Shown piece by piece: positions 34,101 to 46,339 of a stretch of DNA of 64,000 bases. Positions within the stretch are counted from its first letter, which is position 1. Every line of letters begins with the position of its first letter. A model generated the notes under the pieces. It searched no databases, had not been told where the DNA came from, and saw only the letters and a program-made list of their open reading frames with translations. Origin of the DNA: an uncultured Acidimicrobiia bacterium (GTDB lineage: Bacteria; Acidobacteriota; Terriglobia; Versatilivoradales; Versatilivoraceae); contig CAWBAT010000005.1 of the NCBI GenBank assembly GCA_963786955.1, positions 1,632,001 to 1,696,000 on the forward strand, written 5' to 3'. The translations under genes were made by a program, and so were the position numbers.

Positions 34101-36916
34101 TTCCATTCCAGGAGTCGTTTGCGCGTGACCAGCATCCTCCCGGTCGTGCGCGCACTCGCATCCAGGCTGTAGAACGCTTCGTAGGGGAGGCACGTGAGCG
34201 CAAACAAGACTTGAGCGAAATGCCGGCCCGCCGAGTGCACGGCAGCCGCGAGATGCTGGTCGAGCAACAAATCGTCCGGCTTGTGAAATAGATCCAGGAT
34301 GAAGGCCAGCAGCAGCGGAACCAGGAGAATTCCGATCGCTGCTAGAGTCCAAAACCAGGATGGCGACAAGACAGTCCAACTGAGCAGTAACAGCAGGGTC
34401 AGCGCCAAAGAGGTGAGACTGCGACGCAGGTTGTCGAATATCTTCCATAGGGACAATCCAGAGAGCGGATTCTTCCGATAAGATGCGTCGGGACTGGGAA
34501 CGCGCGGCAGCAACCAGCGCGCAATCTGCCAATCCCCGCGAATCCAGCGGTACCGACGGTTCACATCGTCGCTATAGCGAGCGGGATACTCCTCATACAA
34601 CTGCACATCGCTCAACAATCCCGCCCGGGCGTAACAGCCTTCCAGAAGATCGTGGCTGAGAATGCGGTTTTCCGGAAAACGTCCATGAAGTGACTGCTCG
34701 AACGCATCCACCTCATAAATCCCTTTGCCAATGAAGGAGCCTTCACCGAATAAGTCCTGATAAACATCGGAGACGGCCCGCGTGTACGGGTCGATGCCTG
34801 GCTCACTCCCGAACAATCGTGCATACCGCGAACGGTTCGTGCTGGGCAGACTCACGGCGACGCGTGGCTGAAGGATCCCATACCCCTCGGTAATACGTTG
34901 CTTGTTTTCGCTGTACCGCGCACGATTCAGCGGGTGGGCCATCGCTCCTACAAACTGCCACGCCGAATCGCGCGGGAGTTGAGTGTCCGTATCCAGCGTA
35001 ATGACGTACTTCACGTGAGCTAACGCAGCCACCGCACCCACGATGAGAGAGAAGCGATCCCTTGAGCCGCCGCGCAATAACGAATTCAATTCCGCCAGTT
35101 TCCCTCGTTTCCGCTCGTAACCCATCCAAAGCCGTTCCCGCGGATTCCAGCGGCGCGGGCGATGGAAGAGGAAGAAGGTGCCCCCTTTTGCGTTCTGGTA
35201 TTTTTCATTCAGCTCCTCGATCCTTGTCTGGGCCAGTTGTAACAGCGGTCCGTCCTCCGGAAGCGTTTCCTCGAGTGCGTCTCGAAAATCAGTCAACAGG
35301 CCGAAGTGTAGATTTTCATCCCGATTTGCCAGGAACCGGACTTCCAGCGCCTCGACCAGATCCTCGACGTTTTGAGCGTTGACGAGCATCGTGGGGACCA
35401 CTACCAGCGCGCCGAATTCCGGCGGAATCCCTTCGGAGAAATCCATCCGCGGAAGCAGATGGGGCATTGCCAGTACCGTGGCCAGCCAGTTTGTTAATGC
35501 CACCGCCAAATGGCTGGTGCAGAGAAGGGAAAGGAGACCCAACCAAGCCAGCATCCATCCCTGTAGCCCGTCCGCCTGTGCCTTCGCCAGTAAACCCCCG
35601 GTGAAAATGACCGTGATCAGCAGGATCGTGCCCAGATAGAAGAACAAGGGAAACTGGAAACCGGTTCTGTGAAGCGTCTCACTCAGGGATACCTGCATCT
35701 GAGCCGTTCGTTCGAGCCCCAATAATCCCTCGTCAATCAAGTAGAACCCCACATGAGCCGCACGCTCGTCGCTGCCTTTCTTGGCTGCAGTCTCACGCGC
35801 CAGTTGAATCGCGTGGCGTGCCACTTCGTACTCGGAGTGCCGACTCCTCTTGGCTACCTTCTCCACGACGTGACGGTACCGGTCACGGGTTGTAAAATCC
35901 ATCTTGGCGTAAGTTCCGCCAGGATCCTCACGCAGCGTTTTCTCGACGACGCTCATCGTCTCGACGAACTTGCGCCAGTCCATCGCCTCGAGAAATCGGA
36001 GACTGCCGATACTGTTGCTGATGGAGACCTGGTCGGAGGCCTGTTGTTGGTTCTCCGCTTGAATCATCTGCTCAATCGTCAGGCTAGACTCGGAGAGCCG
36101 CTGCTCTATCCAGGTGAGCGGCAGTGCCAACGCATGGCTTTGCCCCTGCAATCGGCGCGCAAATTCCGCCACAAACGAACTGGATACAGGAGGATTCGAA
36201 CGCGCCATGTCCGCGATCACCAAAATCAGGCTCTTCGGGTCCTTCTCGGCGATTTCGGTCATCTGGTCCGCCCATCTGTCGGCGTCGTTTCGGTCCGTCC
36301 TGTCGGCGGCGATCCGCGCTCCAACGCGCCGGAGATTCTCGATCAGTGCCAGGCGCAGCATGATCGGGATGGCCCACAGTTCCCCTAACTTCAGGGCGGT
36401 GACCGTTTGGTAAGAAGCGACGAAACTCGCGAGGCTTTCCGGGTCTACCCGTCCATCGCCGTGCGAGATCGTCTCCAAAGCGATGTCATACACGCGCGGT
36501 AGTGTGGCCGATGGCCCGTTCCGTAAGCGAGGCAACTCCCGGCTGTAACCCCTGGGTAAGTGTCTCTTCGCGGTGCGAATCTGCTCCTCGATCAGATAGA
36601 AATTATCAAGCAACCACTCCCCGGCAGGCGTAATTCGGCGGTTCCCTTTGACCGCCACCATGAGCAAGTTTTGGACTTCAATGAGGACGCCTTCATTCTC
36701 AGCCAACCTTTTTAGAAGCCGATCGGGAGCGGGCTCCACACTCAGTTGGTGCGAGGCCGCCAAGGTCTTGCCATGCTGCTCCATCTGATGGGCGCTGAAT
36801 AGTTCTGACCGTAACGGTGGCTCGTCGCCGAGGTATTTCTGTGATAAGCCGTTTCCGCGCAGACTCATCCTCAGATGGAGCAAGTTCTCGATAATTGTTT
36901 TGTTACTCACCTTCAA
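28199..36916 (-). CDS. ndvB: Cyclic beta-1,2-glucan synthase (Cgs/NdvB/ChvB; GT84 + GH94), frameshifted
   Basis: EWLLDNFY, WMGYERKRGKL, SHDLLEG, RWIRGDWQ, YQSGGAFGFRDQLQD, GDWNDGMN, GVRENGGQYTHAA, GRGGWTWYTGSAGW across consecutive ORFs. Confidence 0.93.
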
Positions 36917-37413
36917 GCTTGCGGTCTCCTTCTTTGATTTGAAGTCTGAACGAACCCGAGCGGAAACAGTTTAGCGGCTATGGATTGCTGTTCGTATTCA
37001 AGGCAGCGAACCGAGCTCCTCTCTTTTCATCTACAGAAAATGAGAGTGTGAGCCTGAGGTTCTGACAGGACGGTTGCCTGAGCGGAGCAGCACAGTTTTG
37101 CTGTCTATCGATTGACCTAGCCAGAATAACGGTGGACCGGACGCCGGAATGGGAGATCCACTCCCGCCAAGAGCATACCTTGCTAGCGCGTGAATAGATA
37201 TCCATCTTTCGTGTGGGCTGAATTGTAGGTTGGTTTTCTTACTTTACTCTTGAGGGGTGCCTTGAATCCGGTTGTAAAACAACGGGTTCCAAAATCTAGG
37301 CATGGATTACAGGGTCTTCATCATCAATGGCCATTTATGGCATTATCCTCGCCCTCGCCAAAAGAGACGCTTTGTTTATTAACTAGATTAAGTTAAGTTT
37401 TTATGGTTATAGA

Positions 37414-37442
37414 TTGACAAATTAATATAATTAATCTATTTT
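37414..37442 (+). promoter_or_regulatory. Sigma70-type promoter of groESL
   Basis: TTGACA-17 bp-TATTTT within an AT-rich inverted repeat (ATAGATT...AATCTAT). Confidence 0.65.
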
Positions 37443-37539
37443 AGTTAATTAGATGAGCCATTCCAATCACCTCAAGGATTTCCCAACTTAGTCTGGTTCA
37501 CTGAAATCTCACCTAAAACGACAACCCAAGGAGGTTACG

Positions 37540-37854
37540 ATGAAAGTTAGACCCCTGCATGATCGTATTTTGCTCAAGCGGATCGACGAGAAGGAAAGCG
37601 TTAAGGGTGGAATCATCATTCCCGACACCGCCAAAGAAAAGCCCCAGGAAGCTGTAGTGGTGGCCGTAGGAAATGGCAAGATTTTGGAAAATGGAACCAA
37701 GCTGGCGTTAGATGTGAAAGAGGGCGATCACGTTCTCTTTGGGAAGTACTCCGGATCCGAGATCAAAGTTGACGGAGAAGAATACCTCATCGTTCGTGAA
37801 GATGATGTCTTGGGAATTTTGGCTGAGTCGGCCAAATCAAAAGCTTCTAAGTAA
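37540..37854 (+). CDS. groES: Co-chaperonin GroES
   Basis: [33 protein letters not shown]. Confidence 0.98.
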   Translation: MKVRPLHDRILLKRIDEKESVKGGIIIPDTAKEKPQEAVVVAVGNGKILENGTKLALDVKEGDHVLFGKYSGSEIKVDGEEYLIVREDDVLGILAESAKSKASK

Positions 37855-37904
37855 TTTTTCTATTCCACGAACTGTTACCCACTCATTTATTCCAGGAGGT
37901 TTAA

Positions 37905-39533
<1,629 letters not shown>

Positions 39534-39568
39534 TCCCCAGCCGGGGGCATCTCAGAAAATACTTTTCT

Positions 39569-39599
39569 AGACCGCTTGCAATTTAAGCGGTCTTTTTTT
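39569..39599 (+). terminator. Rho-independent terminator after groEL
   Basis: AGACCGCTT-loop-AAGCGGTCT followed by a T run. Confidence 0.85.
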
Positions 39600-39699
39600 A
39601 TTTGCTGAACTGAAGACTCGAGGGATTTGTCCGGCACTTTGGAATTGAAGTAAAGCAACTGGAGAGTGTCGCAGCCTAAAATCCACACAATAGTCGCTC

Positions 39700-39737
39700 A
39701 ACAAAAAGGCCAGCCCTCGGAAGCTGGCCTTTTTGTT
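39700..39737. terminator. Bidirectional terminator downstream of glgC
   Basis: AACAAAAAGGCCAGC-loop-GCTGGCCTTTTTGTT. Confidence 0.85.
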
Positions 39738-39782
39738 TGTGGCTTCAGTCTATTCGATGGTGAAGCTCGAAATGCTGGATCT

Positions 39783-41084
39783 TCAAATGATGGTTCCGTC
39801 TGGAATGATCGCGTTTTGGGGAATGACGACAATACCGTCCCGCACGCAGTAATTCTCTCCGTCAAAATCAGCCCGCTCCCGAGCATTGCCAATGACGACG
39901 TTGTTCCCGATTCGCACGTTCGTATCAATGATCGCATGGGTGATTGTGGCATGATCGCCGATGCCAATATTGGGAATGTGATGGTGCGCATTGTCCTGGA
40001 TCTGTTCCAGCGTTTCATAAAAGTCGGCTCCCATGATATAGGAATGATCAATAGTCGTTTCATAACCAATGCGGCTGCGGATGCCAATGACAGAGTTTCT
40101 AATGTCAGAACCGTCAAGGATACTGCCTTCTGAAATGACACTTTGCTGCAAATGACAGTCATGCATTTTCGAGCCGGGTAAGAACTGGGCCTGCGTATAG
40201 ATCGGGTTGGATTCCTGGTAGAAATTGAATCGAGGCAAGTTGGCAGTCAAATCCAGATTCGCTTCATAAAACGAGCGGATCGTCCCGATGTCGGCCCAAT
40301 AGCCCGAAAACGGGTAACTCATGACTCGGTATTCGCTGATGGAATCCGGAATAATGTTTGCCCCAAAATCGTGCTTGCTCGTTTCACTGAGTATTTTTAT
40401 TAAAAGCTCCTTTCTAAAAAGATAAATGCCCATGGAAGCCAGGTAGGCCCTGCCTTCCGGGAATTCACCGGCATCGAATCGCCCGGGGAGTTTACTTTCC
40501 AGATGACCGAGGTTTTCGATGGCCGGTTTTTCGTGGAACAGAACAATCTGGCCCGTTCCATCCACTTTCATGATGCCGAAGCGTGACGCTTCCGCAGCAG
40601 AGACCGGGATGGTTGAAACAGTAATGTCAGCCTTACTCTCCAAATGAAAGTCCAAAAGTTTTCGATAATCCATCTGGTAAAGCTGGTCTCCCGACAAGAT
40701 TAAAATATGAGAGACCACAATCTCTTCGAGATGTTGAATACTCTGCCGCACGGAGTCGGCATTCCCTTGAAACCAGTCGGGATTTTCCAGGGTTTGTTCG
40801 GCAGCCAGGACATTGACAAACCCTTGAGAGAAGTTGTCATAACGGTATGTCCGGGCAATATGTTGGTTGAGCGAAGCCGAGTTGAATTGGGTCAAAACAA
40901 ATATTTTGCGAATGTCGGAATTGATACAGTTACTGAGAGGAATATCCACAATGCGATATTTACCGGCTAAAGGGACGGCTGGTTTGGAGCGATGTTTGGT
41001 TAAGGGAAACAGGCGCTCCCCTCTCCCACCCCCCATAATAAGACCGAGCACATTACTGTAAATTGCACCCATGAAGTCCCTCAC
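39783..41084 (-). CDS. glgC: Glucose-1-phosphate adenylyltransferase
   Basis: GGGRGERLFPLT..RSKPAVP, LTQFNSASL, WFQGNADSV, LSGDQLY, YWADIGT. Confidence 0.96.
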   Translation of the reverse strand: MRDFMGAIYSNVLGLIMGGGRGERLFPLTKHRSKPAVPLAGKYRIVDIPLSNCINSDIRKIFVLTQFNSASLNQHIARTYRYDNFSQGFVNVLAAEQTLENPDWFQGNADSVRQSIQHLEEIVVSHILILSGDQLYQMDYRKLLDFHLESKADITVSTIPVSAAEASRFGIMKVDGTGQIVLFHEKPAIENLGHLESKLPGRFDAGEFPEGRAYLASMGIYLFRKELLIKILSETSKHDFGANIIPDSISEYRVMSYPFSGYWADIGTIRSFYEANLDLTANLPRFNFYQESNPIYTQAQFLPGSKMHDCHLQQSVISEGSILDGSDIRNSVIGIRSRIGYETTIDHSYIMGADFYETLEQIQDNAHHHIPNIGIGDHATITHAIIDTNVRIGNNVVIGNARERADFDGENYCVRDGIVVIPQNAIIPDGTII

Positions 41085-41120
41085 TAGCTAATCACCAATA
41101 CGTTGCGTCTTTCAGGTTTT

Positions 41121-41245
41121 TAGACGGATGAACCCGGATTCCAAAGTTGCGTGAGCGTCACTAGGTGGAGCGGGCGCTCCCGCGCACGCTCAGTGAACGC
41201 GCGGCGGAGCGCGCGTTCCACCAGAATCCGCAGGTCATCGGTATA
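41121..41245. repeat. MITE-like element enclosing a REP-like GC hairpin
   Basis: Imperfect terminal inverted repeats TAGACGGATGAACCCGGATTC / GAATCCGCAGGTCATCGGTATA; internal hairpin GGTGGAGCG...CGTTCCACC at 41164-41222. Confidence 0.55.
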
Positions 41246-41532
41246 CTTTTCCCTTTCCTGAGCGTCTTGCAAGTTTCAGGCAAATCAGCAAATTGATAGA
41301 AATCCCGCCTGCCTAACTTCGGAATTCAGTATAAATTCAGCAGGCCTCCGAGCGGGCTGAAAATTACGCTCAAAGGAAATGGAGAGATTCTAGCTTCTAG
41401 AAGCACGGAGCAAGAACCGATCTTAGGCCAAATCCAGGCCTCTTGAATGCGGGAGGAATTTGTTCTTAAGGTGGATTCTTCTTGGGATGCTTGCCCTGCG
41501 GTGTCCGCTTGCGGCATGACGAGGGCAAAGAG

Positions 41533-41859
41533 CTAGGCGTCGAGAAAAATAATTTCAGAAATTTTCTTCCAGGGAATGAACTGCCTGCACTTCTTTACAG
41601 CCGGATTCCGATTCACAATCAGAAAGTCGGCACTGGAAATATCCAAAGTATCGCTCGATCGGCCCACGGCCGGTTCCATTTTGGACAACTGGCGAGGAGG
41701 AACCAAGTATTTGATGCCGAAGTGAATCTCGACGGCGCTATTCTTCTTTTCGTTCAATATATAAATCGATGCGTTTCCATCCAGCTTCAGTGGCACCATT
41801 TTCTCTTTGATGATTTTTTCCCACGTCGACTTACTCATTCCGTCACTGTTATCACTCAT
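41533..41859 (-). CDS. Hypothetical protein (108 aa)
   Basis: Clean ORF with a purine-rich upstream region; no family recognised. Confidence 0.55.
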   Translation of the reverse strand: MSDNSDGMSKSTWEKIIKEKMVPLKLDGNASIYILNEKKNSAVEIHFGIKYLVPPRQLSKMEPAVGRSSDTLDISSADFLIVNRNPAVKKCRQFIPWKKISEIIFLDA

Positions 41860-41939
41860 GATGTCATCTCTTTCTCGTACTCTAGGATTTTAGAGGATTC
41901 TTATTAGATCAGAGTCGCGCATTTCGTTTTAAAAGGCGA

Positions 41940-42050
41940 TTGTTTTCGGATTCCAATGTTATCTTCTCGAAGCTTGTCCTGACTCGTTTGCTCTTGTATA
42001 AGTTCTCATCTGCCTCAGCAATCAGGTCCTTAATAGTCATCTTGCCTCCA
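41940..42050 (-). pseudogene. C-terminal remnant of a GGDEF protein
   Basis: GKMTIKDLIAEADENLYKSKR, similar at protein and DNA level to GRMTINDLMAKADLALYKNKR near 26580-26645. Confidence 0.6.
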
Positions 42051-42130
42051 TAGGGAACAGGACTTCTTCGAATTGCGCCACTCGATCTTGCAATAGGGCC
42101 TATCCTTAATGTTCCAACCAACCCGCCTGA

Positions 42131-42301
42131 CTAGAAACGCAAAGAGGCTTTTTTCTCTTTGCTGGGCGCGGTATGGATTGGCTCTGTTGATTTGGTTTCC
42201 AGGCCCAGCACTTTTTGAGATTCTCGATCACGCTCGCGCTGAGAAGCCCTTTTCTTCCGTTCTCGGTGAAACCTGGCTTTATCGCCGTTCTTTTGCGACA
42301 C
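42131..42301 (-). CDS. Small basic protein (56 aa), missing from the ORF track
   Basis: GAGAGGG RBS and GTG start; MSQKNGDKARFHRERKKRASQRERDRE...; co-oriented with the upstream operon. Confidence 0.6.
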   Translation of the reverse strand: MSQKNGDKARFHRERKKRASQRERDRESQKVLGLETKSTEPIHTAPSKEKKASLRF

Positions 42302-42364
42302 AGTTCCCTCTCTTTTAATGGTCTATGGAAAACATACTGCATTTGTCAACTGGGCTTTGTCCCG

Positions 42365-42787
42365 TCATGCCGCAGCGGGGGCTGGGAAGCGTGCCGCGCC
42401 TCGAATCGTTCCCATCCAGGCGGCCGCTTCTCGGCGTTCCTCTTCGGTGGGCGGATAAATCAGAACCAGACCATCATGGCAAGCATCGGCAGAACGGAGA
42501 TACTGATCCTGGTGTTTCATGATGAAACCAAGGGCCTCGGCCAACTGCTCAGAATAGTGTCGGTCCCTGAATCGTATCCCACTGGGATGATCTGAAGATG
42601 TGCTTACCCAGTAATCGCAGATCAGATTCTGATAACCACCCTCTCGAACCAGCCACACGCTTGCGTAATCCAGGAAGGCTCCTGGTTCGCAGTTGTATTC
42701 AACACGTAGCAGGTTGCCCACGCTCGTTTTCATCAGCTCATCCCAAGCTAGAACTACTGCAAATTGAAGGGTCTTGTCTAACTTCAT
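42365..42787 (-). CDS. Hypothetical protein (140 aa)
   Basis: AAAGGAGG RBS; part of the minus-strand operon. Confidence 0.75.
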   Translation of the reverse strand: MKLDKTLQFAVVLAWDELMKTSVGNLLRVEYNCEPGAFLDYASVWLVREGGYQNLICDYWVSTSSDHPSGIRFRDRHYSEQLAEALGFIMKHQDQYLRSADACHDGLVLIYPPTEEERREAAAWMGTIRGAARFPAPAAA

Positions 42788-42810
42788 GTTGAGCCTCCTT
42801 TCCTAAACAA

Positions 42811-43692
42811 TCATCGCGCTGCGCCAAGAGCAGTTGCTATCCACGGGCTTCGCACTGGACCTGCGTCAAGGGCCTGTTTCGGGCGCGCGGCGACAACGAC
42901 CTCGTTGATATGGTATTTCACGTCATGTGAAACCACCGTGTATTCACCAAAGATCCGCACAGTGGCGGTGGCTTCCAAAGCCGTCTGCAGCCACATCCCG
43001 CCGACGTCACCGTAGAGAAGCGCGATTCGCACGTCCCGCAGCCACCACGAGAGGGTTTTTGCAGGCTCGCCCTCGGTCCGGTGAATCAGGTAGGTCTTGG
43101 CATCCACCCAGACGTTTCCGCGAAGTAGATGCCTGTCTTTGCGCCTGGGAACCAACTCGACTACGTAGCAGCGTTGGGCATTGGCCTCTTCTTCACGGAG
43201 GTACCGGAAATCATAGTTGTTCCGTGAGATTTCGGTAGAACTGGTGTCTTTCGTGATTTCCGATTCGCTCGCCAACATTCTGCGAACAATGAATTCGCCT
43301 AGTCCCATGCCGCTCGTTTGCTGGATAGAGTAATTCTTGGAGTTCGGGGGAACAAAGCTTACATCGGCAACCACCTGGGCCCGGGTATTGGATTTCTCTT
43401 TGTCAGACAACTTGTAGTCGCGCGTCACGACGTAAGGACGGAAGCGAGATTGGTTTTCATTCCGAGCCTGGGCCATGCGGGCGATGATGGTTTCCAAGGC
43501 TGGAATGGGGCTAGAGGTCTGTGCCGATGCGTATTCCACCGCCGTGGTGAGACAGAGAAAAAGCATTCCCCAAGCCTGTACAGCCAGGCGCGAAAAACCC
43601 CACGTCATTTCCTGGATATTGCGATTCAGTCCACGGCCTTCAATGATTCGGAGGTTGATTTTTTCTGCCATACGGCTCTCGACTCGATACAT
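42811..43692 (-). CDS. LolA/MucB-like exported protein
   Basis: Signal-like segment; YDFRYLREE...CYVVELVPRRKD..LLRGNVWVDAKTY resembles the lipoprotein-sorting fold; start uncertain. Confidence 0.65.
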   Translation of the reverse strand: MYRVESRMAEKINLRIIEGRGLNRNIQEMTWGFSRLAVQAWGMLFLCLTTAVEYASAQTSSPIPALETIIARMAQARNENQSRFRPYVVTRDYKLSDKEKSNTRAQVVADVSFVPPNSKNYSIQQTSGMGLGEFIVRRMLASESEITKDTSSTEISRNNYDFRYLREEEANAQRCYVVELVPRRKDRHLLRGNVWVDAKTYLIHRTEGEPAKTLSWWLRDVRIALLYGDVGGMWLQTALEATATVRIFGEYTVVSHDVKYHINEVVVAARPKQALDAGPVRSPWIATALGAAR

Positions 43693-43723
43693 ACAAGCTC
43701 CCAGGACGACTGGTCTGGCAGTC

Positions 43724-44074
43724 TTATAGTGACTCGCTGCCGGGTACCCGATTCGTGATCGATGCCATCGAGAGAATCGGTTGCCTCTTTAACGCCAACA
43801 AGGAGATCATGAAGGTCATCAGGCAAACCCAATCCAGCCAGAGAAGTGTCTTACGAGACAGGACCAAAGGCACGATGGGATTAAAGAGTACGGCAATAGC
43901 TAGGAATCCAGTTGCCCACATGTACTTGCCGACACGAGCCGCCTGCGTGAGGACTAGAAGGGCAGAGACACAAACAACCAATTCCAACAATACTTGGTAG
44001 GGCGCCGCAAGGCTTAACCCCGCCAGAAGCAACACCACGCTGGAAACCCACTTCATGATATTCGTTAGCATCAT
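43724..44074 (-). CDS. DUF6804-like membrane protein
   Basis: Hydrophobic, with YQVLL..VVC and IAVLFNPIVPLVLSR..W motifs; GAGG RBS before ATG 44074. Confidence 0.65.
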   Translation of the reverse strand: MMLTNIMKWVSSVVLLLAGLSLAAPYQVLLELVVCVSALLVLTQAARVGKYMWATGFLAIAVLFNPIVPLVLSRKTLLWLDWVCLMTFMISLLALKRQPILSMASITNRVPGSESL

Positions 44075-44178
44075 TAACCTCTTTTCTTCTGTTCTATTTA
44101 GACCCCTGATGATTGTTGCAGGAAATCGGAAAGGGTAGGCATGGTCGTTACCCACCAAACTAAAGTGACCAACCCGGT

Positions 44179-44499
44179 TCAAATTCCGACGCGAGCAGCT
44201 ATCTTGTGAAAGGTCGAGTTGGAGACTTCATAGGTTTGAACCCGGGGAGTCCCCTCAATCACGTTTGCCAGGACTTTCAGCACATCTTTATAAAGACCGC
44301 GGTTGTAGATATCCGCCTGGTCTTTTTGATCCCACAAACTGATTCCCACGGCCTCTGCTCCGCCTGGGACAATAAAAGTAATCTCATCCTGGAAGCCGTT
44401 CTGTTTACGAAGCATGGGAAGAACTTGTTTCTCCATAGTATGGGTAAATTCCGCAACGCTATTGGGTTTCAGACTCAGGTTAACTGTCCGAGCAAACAT
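44179..44499 (-). CDS. ABM-like dimeric alpha-beta barrel protein
   Basis: MFARTV...VLPMLRKQNGF...GISLWD...P.V.TYEV pattern. Confidence 0.7.
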   Translation of the reverse strand: MFARTVNLSLKPNSVAEFTHTMEKQVLPMLRKQNGFQDEITFIVPGGAEAVGISLWDQKDQADIYNRGLYKDVLKVLANVIEGTPRVQTYEVSNSTFHKIAARVGI

Positions 44500-44689
44500 G
44501 GCAAACTCCTTAGGTTGTTGTCTAAGAGGAGTAATCTCAGATAACCTGACTTAGTTCAGATAGTCTGGGAAATGACTAAAAGTTCTCTTCTAGTTAACCA
44601 TTAGAAGTTAATTAGCTTTACGTGTCAAGTGAAATATGGGATTATGACGGGCAGGTTAATCGACGCAAATTAAGAGTCGGAGGAGCCAG

Positions 44690-45547
44690 GTGGATGTTTC
44701 TTTAGTCATCAAGCATCGGCTGGAAGAATTGGGTATGGAACAGCGAGATCTTGCGAATGCCGCCCAAGTAACCGAGTCCTACATTTCACAGTTACTGACT
44801 CGAAGAAAAGCTCCCCCCGCGCCTAATCGAACGGATATTTACGTCAAGATGGAAGAATTCTTGAAGCTTTCGAGCGGGGAGCTGGCGAATCTGGCCACCT
44901 TGCAGAGACAGGAAGAACTAAAAAGAAAATTGGCAGACCCGGCCATACCCTTGTTTGAGGAAGTTCGAGAGTTGGTCCTGCGCAAATGCAAACCGGACAA
45001 AGAACAGCAGATCCGAAAAATTTTTGAGCGGCAGCCGTTCGGTGAACTCGAACGATTGATTACCCAGAAACTTTTGGACGTGGTCAAGAGAGTAGCCCGG
45101 GAAGAGTTAGAAAGTGAGAATTGGCTTCACCTGGTAGGCAGACTTAGCAACCGGAGTTTCGAAGAAATGAGGGTTGCCATTCTCGAGTTCCTGGACACGG
45201 ATATCTTTAATGTGTCGCTTGAAAACTGCGTGACCTTCTTGGATCCTCTCATCGAATTCTGGGACATCGATCTCAAGAGTTTTGCTGTGGAGATTGTTTT
45301 AAACCGGAGAGTGGCCCCGGGGCACCCTAAGAAATTCGAGTTTGTGGAAAAGGAACCTCAACCCGCCTTCGACCCAGAACCCGGCCTCGCGAAATTCCTT
45401 CAGGATGCTTCCCTCAGCGGCGATGCGACTGAAGAGGAAATCGTCTTTCTCAGAAGCCTGAGATTCAAGGAGAGACGCCCAACCCCACTTTATTATTATC
45501 GAGAGTTGCAAAGCCTCAGAGACCCGCTCCATTTTCGTATCCCGTAG
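44690..45547 (+). CDS. XRE-family HTH regulator with a long C-terminal domain
   Basis: RLEELGMEQRDLANAAQVTESYISQLL; GGAGG RBS; divergent from the operon starting at 44499. Confidence 0.85.
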   Translation: MDVSLVIKHRLEELGMEQRDLANAAQVTESYISQLLTRRKAPPAPNRTDIYVKMEEFLKLSSGELANLATLQRQEELKRKLADPAIPLFEEVRELVLRKCKPDKEQQIRKIFERQPFGELERLITQKLLDVVKRVAREELESENWLHLVGRLSNRSFEEMRVAILEFLDTDIFNVSLENCVTFLDPLIEFWDIDLKSFAVEIVLNRRVAPGHPKKFEFVEKEPQPAFDPEPGLAKFLQDASLSGDATEEEIVFLRSLRFKERRPTPLYYYRELQSLRDPLHFRIP

Positions 45548-45877
45548 TTGAAGAGGAAAAGTGTCCGACGCCACGAGGTGAGAAGAACAGCGCCTCATGT
45601 TTCTAGGCAGGGCTATGGCAGGATAAAGTCAAAGGGCTCGAACGAATGGGCCTGGCATAGCTTACACTCCTCCCTCTTCTCCCTCAGATTACCTTTTCCC
45701 AGTCTTGGGCCAGATCTACAATCCTGACTCAACTAATTTCTTTGAGAGTGGGGGTATTGACATTAGCCGGATCGGAGTGGACTATTCATAATGGCTGGCA
45801 TACGTTTCATTTGGCGGCGAAGTTTTAGTTTCTAATTTGTAATTATCCTTTAGAGCCCCAAGTCTTCGTAACCCCTG

Positions 45878-46171
45878 CTATGGCATTTTGGAGAGGATCC
45901 GGCCAATTTCTTCAGCTGAAAACGCTCGCAGAGTCTGTGTCCGAACATTACCCAACGTGCCGAGGCTTAATCCGAGCGCAGTTGCGGTCGCTTCATCAGG
46001 GGCTTCAAAGATCAGTACCCCATCGTATTGGCCCAGGGTCCAATAAACTTCCTTTACTTTCACGCCGGCCTTGTCGGCTATTCTCTTGAAAGTTTCCGCC
46101 CGTTTGGCTGTGTCCTTTACATTACGGATTCCTTGATCGGTAAAGTTCAAAAGCAGGATATAGGTTTCCAT
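45878..46171 (-). CDS. GYD domain protein
   Basis: YILLLNFTDQGIRNVK...YWTLGQYDGV..EAPD...GNVRTQTLRAF. Confidence 0.9.
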   Translation of the reverse strand: METYILLLNFTDQGIRNVKDTAKRAETFKRIADKAGVKVKEVYWTLGQYDGVLIFEAPDEATATALGLSLGTLGNVRTQTLRAFSAEEIGRILSKMP

Positions 46172-46339
46172 GTTCTGTCTCCTTTCCCAGCAGCCGCATG
46201 TCAACCACTTCGAAATCAATTTCTAAATGATAGCACCGTCCGAAGTGTGAGTCGAAAACTTGTTGGCGTGGACTGACGGGGTAAAGAGTGAAGAATCTAA
46301 GGCAGTCGGCAAGTATTGTGACACCCAAAAAAGCTGCGG

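Noticed and set aside
2288-36916. Programmed ribosomal frameshifting
   Set aside because: Frameshifts are numerous, in unrelated enzymes, and some fall in homopolymers; sequencing error or decay is simpler
41326-41360. LGGLLNLY resembling an integrase-core transposase C-terminus
   Set aside because: Too short to support
45758-45800. TTGACA promoter-like sequence with no downstream plus-strand gene
   Set aside because: Spacing to a -10 is non-canonical and no ncRNA structure was recognised
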